Positions 58,101 through 64,000 of a stretch of 64,000 nucleotides of DNA are shown here, piece by piece. The number at the start of each line of letters is the position of its first letter. The first letter of the stretch is position 1. The translations under genes were made by a program, and so were the position numbers. The notes beneath the pieces are model-generated. The model was given only the letters and a program-made list of their open reading frames with translations. It was not told the DNA's origin and searched no databases. The DNA is from Eledone cirrhosa. Taxonomy: Eukaryota. Location: NCBI GenBank assembly GCA_964016885.1, contig OZ024757.1:3782001-3846000 (forward strand). Reading direction: 5' to 3'.

Positions 58101-61100
58101 GGTGGGGTAGTGTCTGTATTTATATAGACCCTACCTCACCCAGTGTGGGGTAGTGTCTGTAGTTATATAGATCCTACCTCACCCAGGGTCAGACCAGGGT
58201 GGGGTAGTGCCTGTAGTTATATAGACCCTACCTCACCCAGGGTGGGGTAGTGTCTGTAGTTATATAGACCCTACCTCACCTAGGGTCAGACCAGGGTGGG
58301 GTAGTGTCTGTAGTTATATAGACCCTACCTCACCCAGGGTCACACCAGGGTGGGGTAGTGCCTGTAGTAATATAGACCCTACCTCACCCAGGGTGGGGTA
58401 GTGTCTGTAGTTATATAGACCCTACCTCACCCAGGGTGGGGTAGTGTCTGTAGTTATATAGACGCTACCTCACCCAGGGTGGGGTAGTGTCTGTAGTTAT
58501 ATAGATCCTACATCACCCATATTCAGACCAGGGTGGGGTAGTGCCTGTAGTTATATAGACCCTACCTGACCCAGAGTCAGACCAGGGTGGGGTAGTGCCT
58601 GTAGTTATATAGACCCTACCTCACACAAGGTGGGGTAGTATCTGTAGTTATATAGACCCTACCTCACCTAGGGTCAGACAAGGGTGGGGTAGTGCCTGTA
58701 GTTATATAGACCCTACCTCACCCAGGGTCAGACCAGGGAGGGGTTGTGCCTGTAGTTATATAGACCCTACCTCACCCAGGGTGGGGTAGTGTCTGTAGTT
58801 ATATAGACCCTAGCTCACCCAGGGTGCGGTAGTGTCTGTAGTTATATAGACCCTACCTCACCCAGGGTGGGGTAGTGTCTGTAGTTATATAGATCCTACC
58901 TCACTTAGGGTCAGACCAGGGTGGGGTAGTGCCTGTAGTTATATAGACCCTACCTCACCCAGGGTGGGGTAGTGTCTGTAGTTAAATAGACCCTACCTCA
59001 CCCAGGGTGGGGTTGTGTCTGTAGTTATATAGACCCTACCTCACCCAGGGTCAGACCAGGGTGGGGTAGTGTCTGTAGTTATATAGACCCTACCTCACCC
59101 AGGGTCAGACCATCGTGGGGTTGTGCCTGTAGTTATATAGACCCTACCTCACCCAGGGTGGGAGTGTGTCTGTAGTTATATAGACCCTACCTCACCCAGG
59201 ATGGGGAGTGTCTGTAGTTATATAGACCCTACCTCACCCAGGGTCAGACCAGGGTGGGGTTGTGCCTATAGTTATATAGACCCTACCTCACCCAGGGTGG
59301 GGTAGTGTCTGTAGTTATATAGACCCTACCTCACCCAGGGTGGGGTAGAGTCTGTAGTTATATAGACCCTACATCACCCAGGGTCAGACCAGGGTGGGGT
59401 AGTGTCTGTAGTTATATAGACCCTACCTCACCCAGGGTCAGACCAGGGTGGGGTAGTGCCTATAGTTATATAGACCCTACCTCACCCAGGGTGGGGTAGT
59501 GTCTGTAGTTATATAGACCCTGCCTCCCCCAGTGTGGTGTAGTGTCTGTAGTTATATAGATCCTACCTCACCCAGGGTCAGACCAGGGTGGGGTAGTGTC
59601 TGTATTTATATAGACCCTACCTCACCCAGTGTGGGGTAGTGTCTGTAGTTATATAGATCCTACCTCACCCAGGGTCAGACCAGGGTGGGGTAGTGCCTGT
59701 AGTTATATAGACCCTACCTCACCCAGGGTGGGGTAGTGTCTGTAGTTATATAGACCCTACCTCACCTAGGGTCAGACCAGGGTGGGGTAGTGTCTGTAGT
59801 TATATAGACCCTACCTCACCCAGGGTCACACCAGGGTGGGGTAGTGCCTGTAGTAATATAGACCCTACCTCACCCAGGGTGGGGTAGTGTCTGTAGTTAT
59901 ATAGACCCTACCTCACCCAGGGTGGGGTAGTGTCTGTAGTTATATAGACCCTACCTCACCCAGTGTGGGGTAGTGTCTGTAGTTATATAGATCCTAACTC
60001 AACCAGGGTCAGACCAGGGTGGGGTCGTGCCTGTAGTTATATAGACCCTACCTCACCCAGGGTGGCGTAGTGTCTGTAGTTATATAGATCCTACCTCACC
60101 CAGGGTGGACTAGTGTCTGTAGTTATATAGATCCTACCTCACCAAGGGTCAGACCAGGGTGGGGTAGTGTCTGTAGTTATATAGACCCTACCTCACCCAG
60201 GTTGGGGTAGTGTCTGTAGTTAAATAGATCCTACCTCACCCTGGGTCAAACCAGTGTGGGGTAGTGCCTGTAGTTATATAGACCCTACCTCAGCCAGGGT
60301 GGGGTAGTGTCTGTAGTTATATAGACCCTACCTCACCCAGGGTGGGGTAGTGTCTGTAGTTATATAGATCCTACCTCACCCAGGGTCAGACCAGGGTGGG
60401 GTAGTGTCTGTAGTTATATATACCCTACCTCACCCAGGGTGGGGTAGTGTCTGTAGTTATATAGACCCTACCTCACCCAGGGTGGGGTAGTGTCTGTAGT
60501 TATATAGATCCTACCTCACCCAGGGTGGGGTAGTGTCTGTAGTTATATAGATCCTACCTCACCCAGGGTGGGGTAGTGTCTGTATTTATATAGATCCTAC
60601 CTCACCCAGGGTCAACCAGGGTGGGTAGTGTCTGTAGTTATATAAACCCTACCTCACACAGGGTGGGGTAGTGTCTGTATTTATATAGATCCTACCTCAC
60701 CCAGGGTCAACCAGGGTGGGTAGTGTCTGTAGTTATATAAACCCTACCTCACACAGGGTGGGGTAGTGTCTGTTGTTATATAGATCCTACCTCACTCAGG
60801 GTGGGGTAGTGCCTGTATTTATATAGATCCTACCTCACCCAGGGTCAGACCAGAGTGGGTAGAGTCTGTAGTTATATAGACCTTACCTCACCCAACGTTG
60901 GGTAGTGTCTGTAGTTATATAGACCCTACCTCACGGAGGGTGGGGTAGTGTCTGTAGTTATATAGATCCTACATCACCCAGACGCAGACCAGGGTCGGGT
61001 AGTGCCTGTAGTTATATAGACCGTACCTCACGTAGGGTCAGACCAGGGTGGGGTAGTGCCTGTAGTTATATAGACCCTACCTCACACAGGGTGGGGTAGT

Positions 61101-64000
61101 GTCTGTAGTTATATAGACCCTACCTCACCCAGGGTCAGACCAGGGTGGGGTTGTGCCTGTAGTTATATAGACGCTATCTCACCCAGGGTGGGGTAGTGTC
61201 TGTAGTTATATAGACCCTACCTCACTCAGGGTGGGGTAGCGTCTGTAGTTATATAGACCCTACGTCACCCATGGTGGGGTAGTGTCTGTAGTTATATAGA
61301 TCCTACCTCACCCAGAGTCAGAGCAGGGTGGTGTAGTGTCTGTAGTTATATAGATTCTACCTCACCCAGGGTCAGTCCAGGGTGGGGTAGTGCCTGTAGT
61401 TATATAGACCCTACCTCACCCAGGGTGGGGTAGTGTCTGTAGTTATATAGACCCTACCTCACCTAGGGTCAGACCAGGGTGGGGTAGTGTCTGTAGTCAT
61501 ATAGACCCTACCTCCCCCATGGTCAGACCAGGGTGGGGTAGTGTCTGTAGTTATATAGATCCTACCTCACCCAGGGTCAGACCAGGGTGGGGTAGTGTCT
61601 GTAGTTATATAAACCTTACCTCACCCAGGGTGGGGTAGTGTCTATAGTTATATAGACCCTACCTCACCCAGGGTCAGACCAGGGTGGGGTAGTGCCTGTA
61701 GTTATATAGACCCTTCCTCACCCAGGGTGGGGTAGTGTCTGTAGTTATATAGACCCTACCTCACCCAGGGTGGGGTAGTGTCTGTAGTTATATAGATCCT
61801 ACCTCACCCAGGGTCAGACCAGGGTGGGGTAGTGTCTGTAGTTATATAGACCCTACCTCGCCCAGGGTGGGGTAGTGTCTGTAGTTATATAGACCCTACC
61901 TCACCCAGGGTCAGACCAGGGTGGGGTAGTGCCTGCAGTTATATAGACCCTACCTCACCCAGGGTGGGGTAGTGTCTGTAGTTATATAGACCCTACCTTA
62001 CCCAGGGTCAGACCAGGGTGGGGTAGTGTCTGTAGTTATATAGACCCTACCTCACCCAGGGTGGGGTAGTGTCTGTAGTTATATAGACCCTACCTCACCC
62101 AGGGTCAGACCAGGGTGGGGTTGTGCCTGTAGTTATATAGACGCTATCTCACCCAGGGTGGGGTAGTGTCTGTAGTTATATAGACCCTACCTCACTCAGG
62201 GTGGGGTAGCGTCTGTAGTTATATAGACCCTACGTCACCCATGGTGGGGTAGTGTCTGTAGTTATATAGATCCTACCTCACCCAGAGTCAGAGCAGGGTG
62301 GTGTAGTGTCTGTAGTTATATAGATTCTACCTCACCCAGGGTCAGTCCAGGGTGGGGTAGTGCCTGTAGTTATATAGACCCTACCTCACCCAGGGTGGGG
62401 TAGTGTCTGTAGTTATATAGACCCTACCTCACCTAGGGTCAGACCAGGGTGGGGTAGTGTCTGTAGTCATATAGACCCTACCTCCCCCATGGTCAGACCA
62501 GGGTGGGGTAGTGTCTGTAGTTATATAGATCCTACCTCACCCAGGGTCAGACCAGGGTGGGGTAGTGTCTGTAGTTATATAAACCTTACCTCACCCAGGG
62601 TGGGGTAGTGTCTATAGTTATATAGACCCTACCTCACCCAGGGTCAGACCAGGGTGGGGTAGTGCCTGTAGTTATATAGACCCTTCCTCACCCAGGGTGG
62701 GGTAGTGTCTGTAGTTATATAGACCCTACCTCACCCAGGGTGGGGTAGTGTCTGTAGTTATATAGATCCTACCTCACCCAGGGTCAGACCAGGGTGGGGT
62801 AGTGTCTGTAGTTATATAGACCCTACCTCGCCCAGGGTGGGGTAGTGTCTGTAGTTATATAGACCCTACCTCACCCAGGGTCAGACCAGGGTGGGGTAGT
62901 GCCTGCAGTTATATAGACCCTACCTCACCCAGGGTGGGGTAGTGTCTGTAGTTATATAGACCCTACCTTACCCAGGGTCAGACCAGGGTGGGGTAGTGTC
63001 TGTAGTTATATAGACCCTACCTCACCCAGGGTGGGGTAGTGTCTGTAGTTATATAGATCCTACCTCACCCAGGGTCAGACCAGTGTGGGGTAGTGTCTGT
63101 AGTTATATAGACCCTACCTCACCCACGGTGGGGTAGTGTCTGTAGTTATATAGACCGTACCTCACCCACGGTGGTGTAGTGTCTGTAGTTATATAGATCC
63201 TACCTCACCCACGGTGGGGTAGTGTCTGTAGTTATATAGACCCTACCTCACCCACGGTGGTGTAGTGTCTGTAGTTATATAGACCCTACCTCACCCAGGG
63301 TCAGACCAGGGTGGGGTAGTGTCTGTAGTTATATAGACCCTACCTCACCCAGGGAGGGGTAGTGTCTGTAGTTATATAGACACTACCACACTCAGGGTGG
63401 GGTAGTGTCTGTAGTTATATAGACCCTACCTCACCCAGGTTCAGACCAGGGTGGGGTAGGGTCTGTAGTTATATAGACCCTACCTCACCCAGGGTGGGGT
63501 AGTGTCTGTAGTTATATAGACCCTACCTCACCCAGGGTCAGACCAGGGTGGGGTAGTGTCTGTAGTTACATAGATCCTACCTCACCCAGGGTGGGGTAGT
63601 GTCTGTAGTTATATAGCCCCTACCTCACCCAGGGTCAGACCAGGGTGGGGTAGTGTCTGTAGTTATATAGACCCTAGCTCACCCAGGGTAGGGTAGTGTC
63701 TGTAGTTATATAGACCCTACCTCATCCAGGGTCAGACCAGGGTGGGGTAGTGTCTGTAGTTATATATACCCTACCTCACCCAGGGTCTGACCAGGGTGGG
63801 GTAGTGTCTGTAGTTATATAGACGCTACCTCACCCAGGGTCTGACCAGGGTGGGGTAGTGTCTGTAGTTATATAGACCCTACCTCACCTAGGGTCAGACC
63901 AGGGTGGGCTAGTGTCTGTAGTTATATAGAGCCTACCTCACCCAGGGTCAGACCAGGGTGGGGTAGTGTCTGTAGTTATATAGACCCTACCTCACCCAGG
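55137..64000. repeat. 54/43-bp hairpin-unit satellite (AGGGTCAGACC +/-, AGGGTGGGGTAGTGTCTGTAGTTATATAGACCCTACCTCACCC), runs off the right edge
   Basis: Two unit lengths differ by an 11-nt module. Higher-order duplications of 1486 and 970 bp. Confidence 0.98.

Overview
This is AT-rich, repeat-saturated animal DNA. The tRNA-headed SINEs resemble octopod cephalopod SINEs, but that assignment is an inference. I can support no intact host gene; almost all long ORFs are artefacts of satellites or microsatellites. The window holds three satellite arrays: 48 bp at 1-3.7 kb, 46 bp at 21.3-25.8 kb, and a 54/43 bp hairpin unit from 55.1 kb to the end. It also holds decayed LINEs (R4/Dong-like, Tx1/L1-like, RTE, CR1-like), SINEs, bipartite RTE-derived elements, MITEs, a Helitron-like end, and four decayed Penelope-like element (PLE) loci with RT and/or GIY-YIG remnants. 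The strongest signal is a dense set of minimal type I hammerhead ribozyme (HHR) motifs, about 15 intact or near-intact from roughly 10 unrelated sequence families. Many lie in ORF-less fold-back inserts inside (TA)n tracts. These inserts share one layout from about 0.2 kb up to 6.5 kb: an inverted pair of element 3' ends, one of which carries an extra ~70-100 nt tail. In some families the fold-back axis falls in the ribozyme itself. All calls were made by eye without database searches, so boundaries are approximate.
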